From positions 395,746,001-395,810,000 of the forward strand of contig OZ024740.1 in assembly GCA_964016885.1 (NCBI GenBank): 64,000 nucleotides of DNA, read 5' to 3'. The DNA comes from Eledone cirrhosa. Its lineage: Eukaryota. Positions 41,061 to 55,164 of the stretch are shown piece after piece; the stretch's first letter is position 1, and each line of letters opens with the position of its first letter. Below the pieces are notes generated by a model. It was not told the origin of the DNA. It saw only the letters and a list, made by a program, of their open reading frames with translations, and did not search any database. The position numbers were made by a program, and so were the translations under genes.

Positions 41061-43390
41061 GGAGGTGAGTTTTATTGTAGTACAATAAAGCAATGCAGAT
41101 ATCGGATAAGAAGCACTCTACAGTTTGTAGGACTGGAGTATACATAATATATAAGAACAAAAGATGGTTAAAAGAGTTCCATGTATTTTATTATGCGCAT
41201 TTCAAAAACAAATATCATCATGCAATAATATTTGTGTTTTCATAAGATAAAATAGGAAGACATGATATGAAGGTTAAAAAACACTTGTGGATAGTGCAGT
41301 TTTAAATCAACATATGAAAAGTAGTTTTAGATTGATGTGTGATATTGGGAAAAATATATTTTTTAGGGGGGGGGGGGGTGAAAAAGAGTAGGAGATGAGA
41401 GTAAAAGGTGGAGAGGGAGGAGTATAATGAGGAAGGAGGAGATAGGAGGAGAGATGGCTGATAGAGAGAGAGAGATAGCTTTTATAACTGAGAGAAATAT
41501 ATTGTTTTACATAGAGAGGTTGAAAAACCGTTGGAAGATAATGTATAAATTAAAAGAATTTGAAAATTAACGAAGAGAAAAATAATGTAAAGTTAAGGTT
41601 TGTATATTGAAGGGTTTAATAATATGTGCGATGAAAAGAAAATGTTAATATGTATTAAGAATAATATTTAAGGGTTTAATAATATGTGCGATGGAAAGAA
41701 AATGTTAATATGTATTAAGAATAATATTTAAGGGTTTAATATGTGCGATGGAAAGAAAATGTTGATATGTATTATTAAAAAGAACAACAAGTAATTTAAG
41801 TAAGGATATATTGTGAGATGAGCATGAGTAAGTTAGATGAAAGGGAGAGAAAAATAATGAATTGAGGATGAATAATCTAACGTCAAAAAATGTTTATGTT
41901 TACGAAGGATTTTTGCAAGGTAATATAAAGTAAGAATGTATTGTATTGTGTAATAATTGTTTCTATGTTAGGCAACAGTGAGAAAAGGTACAGATTAGGG
42001 GTTAGACATTAAAAGAAAAAGAGAAGAAAGGGAAAATGAAGAAAGGGAAGTGATAAATAGGAGTGATATAGAATTAGTAACAAGTATTATATAATGTATA
42101 ATAAATAACTTTGAAATAAGGTAGAAAGATGGGTATATTTTTAAAGAAGTATATATATATGTGCCTTTGAGAAAAAGATTCTAAATTGATAAAGTTTTGG
42201 ATATTAGCTGTATACTTTGTGGAATGTTTTGTGGAATTTATGCAAGCAGAGAGAAAACAAGTCAGTGCGTCTACTTATAGAATCTAAATTAGATATAATG
42301 GTAAATTTTTCATTTAGACAGAGATTGCAAATCTTGGATAGAGAACTGTTCAAGTATAGAGACGCAGAAGAAACCTTTTTCCAAAAGATGCTCTATTTAA
42401 TATTTTTGTCTTTCAAGGACCATATGAGTTCTGAGAGAGCCATGTTGGTTCTTTTAAGTTTGTATTTAAAAGACGAATGATGGTTATAAAGACGAGCTTT
42501 AAAGGAGGTGGAAGTGGAGCCAAAATAGGTGAAGGAATTTGTGTCAGTTATAACTTTACATTCGTAAATTAAGTTTTTATAAAGACAATGGTTGTTAAGA
42601 GGACATTTATTTTTAACAGGGCAATTGCAATTGCGATTAGAGAGATTATTAACGAGTGACCTAGTGTTATCTATAGAAGGAATTGGATTGGAGAAGTTAT
42701 TTGCGATAGGAATAATAGTTTCTTGATTTAGAATGGGATTAAGAACATTTGGCGAAGTTGTGTTTGACGTTGTATTTGGGTTTGCAGAAATTAGCCTAGG
42801 GTTTACAATGACGTCGGGAGTACTATTATTATGATATTCAGTGTTGGAAAGAAGAGATTTAGTATTTAGTATTTTATTGTTGTGTTTAGAGATAATGTTG
42901 GAAATGTTGGAGGATGTTGAATAGGAAAATTTTATAGTGTGTTTGTTAAATATTTTACTATAGATATGTGAGGGAGGGAAGCATTTATTTAAGGCACTAA
43001 AGAATAATTTAGGAATATTATTATTAATAGAGATGGAGAAAGGAGCATTATACCAGATTATGTTTTTGTATCTATGTCTTTTATTAAAGTTATTGGAATG
43101 ATCATGATTAATTATTCTACTGTAAGATCTTCTAGAATTTGTTTCTTTACTATATTTGATTTTATCAGGATAGCCAGCTTTAGAAAGCGCGTTATTATAG
43201 TAATTGGCGTTAGCATCAAAGATGTTTTTATTAGAAGATAGGTTAAATATTCTTTTTCCAATATTACTAACTATAGCATTCTTGATATTAGTAGGATGGT
43301 TAGATTTAAAATTAACATAATTTAGGTTCTCATTGTTTTTATGGTAAGGGTAATATAGGCCAGTGTTAAGATTAAGAGATACATCCAAGA
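41058..43390 (-). mobile_element. 5'-truncated Penelope-like element (Naiad-like) with 3' UTR and hammerhead pseudo-LTR
   Basis: ORF 42393-43451 contains FLDVSLNL, IIWYNAPF, CNC-CPL-C and LIYEC..YFGST. Positions 41058-41315 match 5105-5492. Confidence 0.85.
41184..41254 (-). ncRNA. Hammerhead motif (core mutated G5U) in the 3' pseudo-LTR of a Penelope element
   Basis: Same family as 5296-5366, but the core reads CTTATGA. Confidence 0.7.
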
Positions 43391-44986
43391 AATTAGCTAG
43401 TTTGATGCAGACCTTTGAGTGGATGTATCTGCTTCCAAAGTGATCCCACACTACATATTCTGACTAAGGCCATATTTGATGAAGAAGAATAAATGTAAGA
43501 AAGACTACTTATCCAATTCTTACGGGAAAAGGACAACTGATTCATCCTTGCAGCTAACTATGGATGGTGGTGGTGGTGGTGAGGTTGATGTAGACATCGG
43601 TATTAGTAGCCTTATAGTTTTTTCTTCCTACCCTCTTTTTTATGTGGATGAAGTCAATTGCCTGCCTCTAACTGGTGTTATGAAGTGAGACTTGACTTCA
43701 TGCACATTGGCAAACATCACTTGGACTGTCAAATTTTTTGCCTTGGGTGATATGAATTTTGCCTTTTCACATGCATCCCAAGGCTTTGGGGATTTGAGTC
43801 TCAGAAGTCTGTTCAAAATGGTGTGACTTTGCTCCAATTGTACAGTATGTCAGTTTAAAATGGAGAGTATTTTCCATTATATCAGATGGAGGTTTGAGGC
43901 TCACCCAGTGACCAATCTGTTTTTTCTTCCCTTACTTCCTCCTCTGAGATATATCTTTTCAGGATATTTCTGTCGCAACCATGAAGGAAGCAAGTAACTG
44001 GGTGGACATTTTTTCTATATTGTTGGCAGCAGCTTCAGTTGGCTTGGAAACTGTGTCATTGCTCATGAGATGGCTTGTTAACTGGTTGGTTGACCAGTAA
44101 ACTGACTAGTTAATTTAGTGCTTGTTTGACTAGGTATATGGTTAGCTGGTTGACAGTTTTACTGTCTGTCATATTGTTGTTGTGGTTACTGTTGCTTTTT
44201 GTTGTTTTTTTTATTATTGATTTGGATGCACCCCACAAACAAAAGGTAGGTATGTTCTCTCAGTTCTTGCCACCAGCCCATTTATCAGCGCTATCCTTTT
44301 TTACACCACCAGCTTGGTATCTTTAGCTAAGTCTATTTAGCTTCTGTTTTTCCCCACTAGAGTGTAGTCAAATTTACCTTTCATTCTTTTGAGGGGTCAA
44401 TAAAATACAATGCCAGTCCAAAGTTGTTAAAACATCAGACGGAATGCCTTGCTGTACTTTTTCCTTTACATTCTCATGTTTTCTGTGATAGCTATACTGC
44501 ACCCATTGCACAGTTTAATATTGGGTGCCTAAATGGAGTTCACTCTGTTGCAATTATTCAGACAAGATTCCTGATTTGAAGATTCATTCCTTCCTTTCTC
44601 TGTTCAGCATCAGATGTCCTGAGAAATAAATGGTCATGGCAGCTGTCCTTCCCATTTTGACAAAAATGGTTTTAAAAACAAGTATTCAGATCTTTTGTCT
44701 GAGGATTACTTCCTTTCTTCCTCCCAGTTTGGGGGGCTTTAAAAAGGGTCACTTACAACGCTTGTCCCTATTGCCCTAGACAATTAAATAAAAATTCATA
44801 ATAATCACCATCATCATCTTCATCATTATCATCATCATCATTGTCAGTATAGTCAATGCTGGTTATAAGATTCAAAAGCACCTCCTTCTCTATGGAACAT
44901 TCATGTTACTCAATAGAAACAAATGAAACAAAAGATAAAAATTATATATTAAATATAAAATGAAAATATAAAAAAAGACTACTTAC

Positions 44987-45159
44987 GGGTGCTGGGAAGA
45001 TGGCATACCTGGTTGCATGAAAGGTGTCAAACCTGGTTGCATCAAAGAGCTCGAACCTGGTTGCATCAAAGAGCTTTGTTGCATCATGAAAGATGTCGAA
45101 ACTTCAAACAAACAAAAGGCCAAAACACAGGCAAGAATAATGATGGTGAGACTCTTCAT
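44987..45159 (-). CDS. Exon 1 of a secreted cysteine-rich peptide gene (signal peptide plus Met/Gln/Pro repeats)
   Basis: ATG at 45159 in aaagcaATG context. Encodes a signal-like MKSLTIIILACVLAFCLFEVSTS, then FMMQQSSLMQPGSSSLMQPGLTPFMQPGMPSSQH. Ends at a phase-2 donor GTAAGT (plus acttac 44981-44986). Confidence 0.8.
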
Positions 45160-45327
45160 TGCTTTCTTATTACTGACACGAGAACAACAGCTTGTAGTAG
45201 CAACAGTGCTAATAGATATGTTTAGCACAGAACACAGAATGGATAGCTAACTCTTCTTGTTGTTCTGTTTCTATTCATTAATTAACTGCCGCAGTTTGTT
45301 GTGTTGTATTGCAATACTGAGTCCTCA

Positions 45328-45369
45328 TTTATAACAGACTGCTAACATTCTCACCTACAATCTGATTGG
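45328..45369 (-). promoter_or_regulatory. TATA box (45328-45333) and CCAAT box (45365-45369) of the peptide gene
   Basis: The minus strand reads ggCCAATcag ... gtTATAAAtg, about 170-210 nt upstream of the ATG, in canonical order. Confidence 0.6.
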
Positions 45370-45617
45370 CCAGAAAAAGATGTGGTCTCACCAAACTAGA
45401 AAATCTGCACATGTCAGGCACATGACAAACAGCACTCCCCACAACCCCTAGTAAGCACCTAAATAACCCATACATATGCAAGTGTTAGAATTTTCCCATG
45501 TTTCATTTGTAGTGTTTCTCATCTATTTTTTAATTTCCCACATTTTGTAATCAGTCTGAATGATGGGATGAATTGTTTGGGTTGTCTACATGTATGTGTG
45601 TGTGAGTGTGTATATAT

Positions 45618-45648
<31 letters not shown>

Positions 45649-46569
45649 CCGTTTAATGTCCATCTTCCATGCTAGCATTGGTAGGACAGGCTGTCCCTTT
45701 GTGAGGGATCAGGTTGAGGGACCGTGATTTGCTCACACAGAACTGATTTGGCTTGGTTTCTATGACTGGATGCCTTCCTAACACCAACCAGATTTACAGT
45801 GTATGCTGGGTGCTTTTTGCTGTGTCACATACACGACCACTTTACAGAGTGAACTGGGTGCTTTTTTCGTGACACCCACACGACAACTTTACATTGTGGA
45901 CTGGGCACTCGCTTTTGTCACAACCACTATAGTGGGCTGGGATCTTTTGTCGTGGCTCTAGTGGGGTGGGATCATTTTATAGAAGAGTTGGAAACTTGGG
46001 AGGGGTGGGGGAGATTCTTTGGGAAATTGTGGATGTAGGAATAAGGGAGGTTTATGGGAGGATAGATGGTAGGGAATGGTCTTGCCTACCAGGTATATGC
46101 CTGAGCCCAAGAATAATAGAGGGTGGGTCTTCAGTAATATGAATTATATATATATATAGGTGTGTGTGTGTTAACTATTTCCGAAGACAAAGCAAACTAA
46201 AAAAGAGTGCTCTATATATAAAACAGAGCTATTTAATTAGAAAGTGAACAACACAATATATAACTACTCCATTACCAAAGGTTTCAGGACCCTAGACAAT
46301 ATTAATATATGTCAGACAGCAAGGTTATCTAACCTATATATACAGTATATACATGAAAAGATTCAGGATCCCGATGGCTGAGCTCCGGCCGCTTTGACAG
46401 CTAGATACAAACTGTTCAGATTTAGCTGTCGAAACTCAGCTGTCGGGGTCCTGAATCTTTTCATATTACCCACTCTACTACCTTAAGTATTCAGAACTCT
46501 GGTGGATTATGGCGCACTTGGTATTTTAATACACCCTTTCTTATATATATATATTTAATATATTTCGTT

Positions 46570-47160
46570 TTTGAATTTGTTTTGCAAGATTTCTTATCTG
46601 AAAACATGTGTTGAAACAGATATTGTTATACTTTGGGAGGGTCATGTTGCCAATAAAAACACATGCACCTGTTGGTTTTTACTTCAATTTATTATAAATT
46701 TCCAGTTAGTTGGTTCAATAATCAGATGGTTGTTTATATACTGTCAAATTCTTTCGTCACACATTCTGTGACCTCCTCAGTGACTAGGTTTTTATTTTGT
46801 TTCTCTCTTTTGTTCTGTCCTACACCATCTTGATTTTGTGTGATGTGTGTTGTGTGCTTAGTTTGCACATGTATTACATCTGGGTGTGTGTGTGTATTTT
46901 TATTTATTTATTTATGTGTTTATTTATTTGTCATTAGTTGGTTGTTTGTGTCTGATTTGTTTTGTTAGTCTTGTTTTATTGTGTGTCTTTTTGTCTTCTT
47001 TTTGTCCTTAATTACTAGTTGTGCTGTTGCTATTCCACTCATGTTTTCTGTTTAATTTTGGTTGGAGTTCATTTATGTTTGTCACCTCTGTGATTTGTCT
47101 GAGCACTGCATCTTTTCGGAAATTTATACAGTATGACCCTCCCAAAGTATAACAATATAA
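46570..47160 (-). mobile_element. Penelope 3' fragment (same family as 10441-12045) with a short inverted end
   Basis: Sequence similarity to 11490-12045. An inverted gaccctcccaaagtataacaat lies at ~47136-47157. Confidence 0.75.
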
Positions 47161-48002
47161 ATGCATATATATACATTAATATATATCATCATCATCATTG
47201 TTTAACATCTATTTTTCCATACTTGCATGGGTTAGACAGGTAGTCCATGTTATGATACATGTCTGGCCAGTTGGCCCTGCCATAATTTGCTCAAATGGAA
47301 CTATATTTTGGCTGGGATTTTTACAGCTGGATTCCCTTCCTAACATCAACCATGTTTACTGTGTGGTCCTGTTAGGAGAGAAGTCTGTCCAGTTGGGCAT
47401 GCTGTACCTTATATATATATGGGTTTATTTTTCAAGAGTCCCTGGACAGAAATAATGCAGTTATTAATAAGAAGAGTTGAAATTAATGCATCCTAGATTT
47501 CACATCTTTAGCATCACTCCTTCATAGTCAGCCATCTTCTCAGAAATCACGACAAACACTGTATTTTTTCTTGAATCACCAATCTGAGAAGCAGATCGAT
47601 AATGGAGTCATGTCAAGAACTTCATGTGTGACCCTAAACCAATCCACTGCGACCCATGCGTAGCAAGTCGATACACAATAAAAAAACTAAAAACATGTAA
47701 ACTAAATTTCATAATTTTTCTTAAAATAAACACTCTGCCTATGTATTGAGTACTTGTTTTGATAGCACCACCAGTAATTCGCTGAATCACATACACTACA
47801 TATATATATATATATATATAATCATCCTCATCATCATCATTACCATTTTATGTCAATGTTTCCACGCTACCATGGGTTATACACACATATATATATACAT
47901 ATATATACACACACACACACATATATATACATACACACACATATATATATATATATATACATATACATACACACTCATACACACACACACATATATAAAT
48001 AT

Positions 48003-48580
48003 TATCATCATCATCATCATCATTTTACGTCCTCTTTTCCCTACTTGCAAGGGTGGGACGGATCCTCTTGAACACAGCATTTCTCCATTTGTCATGGCTC
48101 TTCGTCATCTGCTCTATGAGCTTCAGTGATTTGAGGTCAGCTCTCACCACTTCTGCCCATATTTTGGGGGATCTTTCTCTACTGCATCTTCTTTCCACTT
48201 TGATTACTTGGCACTTCTTCGCTTAGCGGTCATTTTCTTGGTCGTTCATGTACATTGACATTGCACATCCATCAGAGCATGCTTGTTTCATTACTCTCCA
48301 ACCATTGCATATCCTCCACAGTTGCTGCCCATGTCTCACTTCCATGCAGGATCGCACGTCTCACACAGGCATCATATATCTGACCTTTCATTCATAGAGA
48401 GAAACCCTTCGTTGTCAACAGAGGAAGCAGCTCCCTAAACTTCTTCCATCCTGTCCTTATTCTAGATATTATGGCCTTGGAGCATCCTCCTCCCTTGCTA
48501 ATTTGATCACCTAGATATCAGACATATCAATCAAATCTATAGATCCTACTTGTGTTGGGAAAATGTGCCTACCACTGACA
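48003..48580 (-). mobile_element. Degenerate RTE 3' fragment
   Basis: Reverse complement similar to 52400-53058. Confidence 0.7.
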
Positions 48581-48599
48581 CTTTTACTATCACTTCTAC

Positions 48600-49260
48600 T
48601 TTTCTTTGACTTACTCTGTTTCCTTTTTCACTGAGCAAGTTCCCCATAAAAAAAGTTGCTTGAGGACATGCTCATCAGCCATGTGGACAATATGTCCAGA
48701 TCATGGCAGTTGTTTTTTCAAAATTATTGCCTGGATGGAACAAAGACCAGATACAGCAAGAACATCAGAGTCGGGAGAGAATGAATTCCATTTTATTTTC
48801 AGAATATGGCATAAGCATTTTTGATTGAATCATTCCAAGTGTCTAAAGTGATATTTGAAACACATCCAAGTTTCAGAAGAATAAAGAAGATAGGATTACA
48901 CAAAGGATCTATAAAAAGATATTTTTGTTTCAGTCTTGATATTTCTTTGTGATCAAGTCCAAGACTGTAAACTACCAAAAGTTTTTGCTACCTTTTGAAT
49001 CCTTAGAGATATTTCTGAATCTTTATTCACTGCACTCCCAAGTTATATGAAGGATTCAACAACATTAAGAAGATTATCTTTCACATATATTTTAGGTTGC
49101 TGTACAACTTATCTGCAGGTACAACAAGTGCAGGTTGACACAAAATTACTATTTTTTAAAAGTTTATAGTCAAACAAAAGATATCACAAGCCGAATCAAA
49201 TGAAGAAATCAACAATTGCAATCCATGCTCAGTATGACCATACAATAGGTCTCGTATTAG
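48600..49260 (-). mobile_element. Degenerate RTE/BovB-like LINE fragment
   Basis: The minus strand translates to GHIVHMADEHVLKQLFYGEL. Confidence 0.6.
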
Positions 49261-49464
49261 TGAGGTGAACACTTTGCTCTTAAATTTCATCCTTACTCAA
49301 TTAAACTTACATATATGATAAATTACTTATACCCTTTCATTGTTGTTTTGGAAAGCATGATAGAGTATGACAGCAAAATATATTGCAAAGAGAGTAGGTG
49401 CATTAAGTAGAATGAAAGAAATATGAGAGAACCACTACAAATGAGATATGCGGAAACTCTCACT

Positions 49465-49503
<39 letters not shown>

Positions 49504-49949
49504 TATATATATATCAAAATATACACACACACACATACATATATATGCATATATATATATATGTATGCTAGCGTGGAAAATATAGCCTTCTTTTATTGAG
49601 ATGTACTCACCTGTAAATAAAAAATGAAATGTATAAGAATTATTGAAACACAAAAATATAACAGAGTACAGATTAAATTAATCAAAACACATTACATAAG
49701 ATCTGAGAATGAAGCAAAATTTTCTTGAAAGTGAATTTTATGCTTAGAAACAAAATCTTATGAAAGCGGATCATCTCTATAAATTACACATATAGACACA
49801 CTCACTCACTCTATCTCTCACACACACATGCACACACTCACTCATTCACACACATTGTTATTATTCTTGTCCTATTCGTGTGAACTGTTTTGTGAAATCT
49901 CAGCCCTTTTGTATCTGAGATAAACATGGTTTAATGTTTCTATAAATTG

Positions 49950-51172
49950 TGTGGGGTGGGGGTGGAGTTGGGGTAGTGGCATGGGGGTGTATATTTGGTT
50001 AAGAGGTGCCTACTGACAGTAGGTTTTGTTTTGTACTTAGGCAAGGCAGGTCTTCTGTATTACTGCATGACGCCAAAGATCTCGGTCCAGTGACATTGTC
50101 TTAGAGAGGTGCAAGTGTGTAAGGTCGGAATTTATCAAATCATCCCAGGTTTTTCTGGGTCTACCTACTCCGTAACTTCCATCAATGTTGATCACCCTGC
50201 ACTTTTTTATACAGATGTCATCTTTCATGCGCATCATGTGACCATACTAACGTAGTCTTCTCTCGAGTAAACATCATCTGATTCCTCTTATTCCTAATTT
50301 CTCACTTAGTTCATTTATGCTTTGCCATTCACGTATATTACTATTACACATCCAACGGAGCATGCATGCTTCGTTCCTTTCCAGTCTATGCAGGTCCTCT
50401 GCACACAATGCCCATGTCTCACTGCTATGTAGCATTGCTGTTTGTATATAAGCATCATACAGTCTTCCTTTCATTTTTAGAGAGAAACCTTTTGTGGCCA
50501 ATAGTGGTATAAGCGCTCTGAACTTTTTCCATCCCGTTCTGACTCTGACTACTGTACTTTCAGAACACCCTCCACCACTGCTGATTTTGTCACCCAGGTA
50601 ATGGAAGATGTTCACTATTTCTATAGAACCATCTGGACAATAGAAGGAGCTAGTATCCTGTGGGCACTTGCTACTTATTGCACCTGAGCATCAGGTACAT
50701 ATAAAATCTATGTTCTTAGATAGCTTACCTGTGATCCCACTACATCTTTTATGTACCCATAGTTTGCATTTAGGACATAAAATGGAATTTCTGCCTACTC
50801 CTTTCCTACACATTGAGCATGGCCATTTCCCTGAGGACACCTGTGCCCTATTTTCCTTTCTATATACTAGAACTTTAGTCTTAAACAAGTTAACTTTAAG
50901 GCCTTTTGATTCTAGGCCATGCTTCCATGTTTGTAATTTCTTCTCTAGTTCAGCCATTGATTCAGCTATGAGAGTTAGATCATCTGTGTATAGAAGTTCC
51001 CATGGGCAGTCGGTCTTAAACTCCTCTGTTATAGCCTGAAGGGCAATAATAAATAGGAGGGGGCTAAGGACAGAGCCTTAATGAACACCAACTTTTACGC
51101 TAAATTCTTCACTATATTCATTGTTAATTCTAACTTTGCTGACTGTTTCTTTATACATGGCTTGTATAGCTC
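49950..51172 (-). mobile_element. RTE-type LINE fragment (same family)
   Basis: ORFs 50691-50957, 50274-50615 and 50037-50237. Confidence 0.88.
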
Positions 51173-51173
51173 T

Positions 51174-51222
<49 letters not shown>

Positions 51223-51228
<6 letters not shown>

Positions 51229-51630
51229 ATACTTGGGGAGGGTCATATTTGCGTAATATTGCCAGAATTAATAACAGAACACACTCACTGTTTGGTTGGT
51301 TTTCGCTTCTCGCTGTCTTTTATATCTGCGATCTAACTTACTCGGTCCTCAATGTTGCCATTGACTGACCGACGGTCAAAAATAATACAGATACAATATA
51401 GACACAAACACATATATATAGTTTACATAATTTACATAAATCTTTCGTTGCACATCTGCAACATCGTCAGTGGTGTTATATTCTTTGTTCCTCCTGTTGT
51501 GTTGTATGTCTACGCCATTTTTTATTCAGTCTGTCTATATATTTATTTATTTATTTGCTTGTTTGTTTATCCCCAAGTATAACAATATCTGTTTTGACAC
51601 ACGATTTCATATAAAAAACCTCGCTAAACT
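51223..51630. mobile_element. Penelope pseudo-LTR fold-back fragment
   Basis: Inverted ends attgttatacttgggga / tccccaagtataacaat plus tail, related to 10441-12045. Confidence 0.65.
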
Positions 51631-51649
51631 ATATATATATATATATATA

Positions 51650-53058
51650 GCGCAACTGATTAGAGAAAGGGTCAAATTAGATGAGATGCAGTTTAGTTTT
51701 GTGCCTCGGAAAAGTACAACAGATGCCCTCTTCTTAGTGAGGCAACTACAAGAGAGGTTCTTAGAGAAGAATAAGCCACTATACTTAGCTTTTTTTTACC
51801 TAGAGAAGGCCTTTGATAGGGTACCCCGATCTGTCATCTGGTGGTCCCTAAGGAAACTAGGTGTAGAGGAATGGCTTGTGAGGATAGTGCAAGCTATGTA
51901 CAGGGGTGTTGTCAGTAAAGTGAGAGTAGGAATGGAGTTTAGTGAGGAATTCCAGATACAAGTAGGTGTACATCAGTGTTTGGTCCTCAGCCCGCTTTTG
52001 TTCATTATAGTCTTCCAAGCCATAACAGAGGAGTTTAACACTGGATGCCCATAGGAACTATCCTATCCTGATGATCTGGTTCTTATAGCAGAATCAGTAG
52101 AGGAGCTAGAGAATAAATTCTGGCTATGGAAACAGCAGTTGGAATCAAGAGGACTAAAAGTGAACATAGCTAAGACAAAAGTGTTGATAAGTAGAAGAGA
52201 GGACAATACTCTGATTCCATCAGGGAAATGGCTATGTTCGATATGTAGGAAAGGAACTGGCATAAATTCCATAAAATGTATGCAATGCAGATCTCAGGTA
52301 CACAAGAGATGTAGTGGGATAGTAGGCAAACTAACAGGTAGGGAAAACTACGTATGCAGTAGATGTACAGGGAAAGTTGGCAGTAGTAATCGCAGTGATA
52401 GACACATTTTTCCAATGCAGGTGGGTTCTATAGAAGTGGTTGATAGCTTCCGGTACCTAGGTGATCAGATTAGCATGGGAGGGGGGGTGTTCCAAGGCCA
52501 TAGTATCTAGAATAAGGATGGGTTGGAAGAAGTTTAGGGAGCTGCTTCTTCTGTTGACAAAGAAGCGTTTCCTCTATGAACAAAAGGCCAGTTGTATGAT
52601 GCCTGTGTGAGATGCACGATGCTGCATGGTAGTGAAACACGGGGTAGCAACTGCAGAGGATATGCGATGGCTGGAGAGAAATGAAACAAGCATGCTCCAT
52701 TGGATGTGCAATGTTAATGTGCATGAACAACCAAGCATAGACGAGTTGAGAAAGAAACTGGGTATAAGAAGGATAAGTTGTGGTGTGCAGGAGAGAAGGC
52801 TGAGATGGTATGGACATGTGATGCGCATGGAGGATGACCGCTGGGTAAAGAAGTGCCAAGAAATCCCAGTAGAAGGAAGTCACAGTAGAGGTAGACCACA
52901 AAAACATGGGCAGAAGTGGTGAGAGCAGACCTCAGATCGCTGAAACTCACAGAGGAGATGACGAAGGACCGTGACAAGTGGAGAGATGCTGTGCTGAATA
53001 GGACCCGTCCCACCCTTGCAAGCAGAGAAAAGCGGACGTAAAATGATGATGATGATGA
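51650..53058 (+). mobile_element. RTE-type LINE fragment (related subfamily)
   Basis: ORFs 51470-52054, 52139-52510 and 52626-52922, followed by a (GAT)n tail. Confidence 0.88.
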
Positions 53059-53151
53059 TATATATATGAATAATTATATATATGTATATATGTAGCAAAT
53101 AAGAAATGTAGCAAAGTTGATTTTTAGTTTTAGAGACAAAATATAGACACA

Positions 53152-53610
53152 TCTATATATATAAAACTGAGGATGTCTGTGTGTGTGTGTGTGTGTGTCT
53201 GTGAGTTTGAATCCCTAAAACTTGAGAAGTACCCAACCGATTTTTTTCAAACTTTATGTTTCAGGGAGTGTTATGCACATAAAAAAATCCAACTTTTTGA
53301 TCCCCTAGGGCCCGCATTAGGTGAAAAACTGAGTTTTTTCAGTACGTCAGACCGATTTCCTTGAAATTGTAACTATGTATTAGTCAGTCTCTTCTTCATA
53401 CCGTGAGCAAAGAAAATCCAACTTTTTATAGCCTAGGGCCCACATTACATGAAAAACCTGCATTTTTCCTGCTTCATCGAGGAAAATCTTAAAGATTATC
53501 CAGCCATCAAAGTATTCAGTTTATTTTCTTTACATATTGTCCAGGCATGCAGTTTTTCCACGATTAGGTCTGTTGGCAGCCCGCGTTCCAACATCGGGTA
53601 CCACTGTTAG
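53152..53610 (+). mobile_element. Non-autonomous Helitron (same family as 12189-12665)
   Basis: 5' TCTATATATATAAAACTGAGG, with a subterminal cccg...cggg hairpin followed by TTAG. Confidence 0.7.
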
Positions 53611-54324
53611 TATATAATAAAATACAAAATTCTCAGTTATATTAAAATTTATGGATACGCCATTCATAATTGACTTGTTAAGACAGATTGGTTTTTGGCA
53701 ATGTTATTATTTTAGAGCAGTGATACCGAAGGTGGGGTATGGGACTTTAATGGAGTTTTAAATTATTTTAGAAAATTAAAACGTTTGTTTGAAAGAACAA
53801 ACACTTTATGTTGGTCAGACATGAGAATTTAATGATGTATATATATAGAAAATAATTAAAAAGTAAATGTGTGTATTTATTGGAACATTCACAAATTAAT
53901 TAATATGTGAATTAATACATTTTATTTACAGTTGTATAAATAACATTACAAATTGTTCACAATTCTATCAGAATGAAAATCATCATCAACATCATTTTTT
54001 ATGGCACCATTTTGTTGATTAGTAGTTGCTCTATACAACTCCACCCACAATTTACTCAGGTGTTATAATATCATTCATAGCACAATAATCTTGCAAGAAC
54101 AGGATGTAACTTTTTTTTGTGTATATTTTCTACATGATGTTATGACAGGCTATTATTGAGCTGTGATTTTTAGCTTAAACAGTTTGGCTTTTTTTTTTTC
54201 TTACTTAATAAAGTAATGGTAGTTGATAGTTTTGGATATGTTATCCTACTGGTGACATGGAAGAGGTAAACTGTGAAATAGAGATACTGTGAAAATACAG
54301 GAGTGTTGGATGTGGGAATACAGA

Positions 54325-54518
54325 TAGAGTGAAGTGGAGTTAATGTGGAGTAAAAGTACAGTGGAGTAGAGGTACAGTGAAGTAGAGGTACTGTAGAATA
54401 GAGGTAGTGGAGTAGAGATACAGTGAAATAGAGGTACAGTGGAGTACAGGTACAGTGAAGTCGAGGTACAGTGAAGTAGAGGTACAGGTGAGTAGAGGTA
54501 CAGTGAAATAGAGGTAGT
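54325..54518. repeat. Degenerate 16-bp minisatellite
   Basis: Recurrent gaggtacagtgaagta. Confidence 0.75.
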
Positions 54519-54654
54519 TTGGTGTTAAATATTCAGTTCTCAAGTGGTAACTGTATCACAAATTACTTAATACCATTATCTAGTGGCAGAAGAAATAATG
54601 TGTGAATTCAATTGAGCAGTTTTCTAATAAATAGTAAATGTAATATTAGCAAAT

Positions 54655-54845
54655 TGGTGGATTGGCAGTATCGATAGAGGATCAGATGCCATGCTTTGCA
54701 CCATAGAGTTGCGGCCCTTTACGATCTGAGTTCAAATCCCGCCGAGGTTAAGTTTGTCTTTCATCCTTACAGGGTCGATAAAATAAAGTACCAGTAATGC
54801 ACTGGGGTAACTACTGGCCTTGTGCCAAAAGTAGAAACAATTATT
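54655..54845 (+). mobile_element. tRNA-derived SINE
   Basis: Same family as 21680, with A and B boxes intact. Confidence 0.78.
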
Positions 54846-55083
54846 AGCAAAGTGCAACAATATTCAACAATGATGAGTAAACGTTATTGAAGAGAAAGAA
54901 AAATGTTGGAAGTGAAAGTAAGAGAAAGAAAGAAAGAAACAAGAAAATGGAGAAGCAAAGCATTTGGAACTATTTTAATACGTTTTGCCACACATTTCAT
55001 TTCTTTGCCACAAATTCCAAAATATTAAGAGGCTATCTTTGATAATTTAAAAAAGGGAATCTTAGATATTTCTCTCTCTCTCC

Positions 55084-55164
<81 letters not shown>

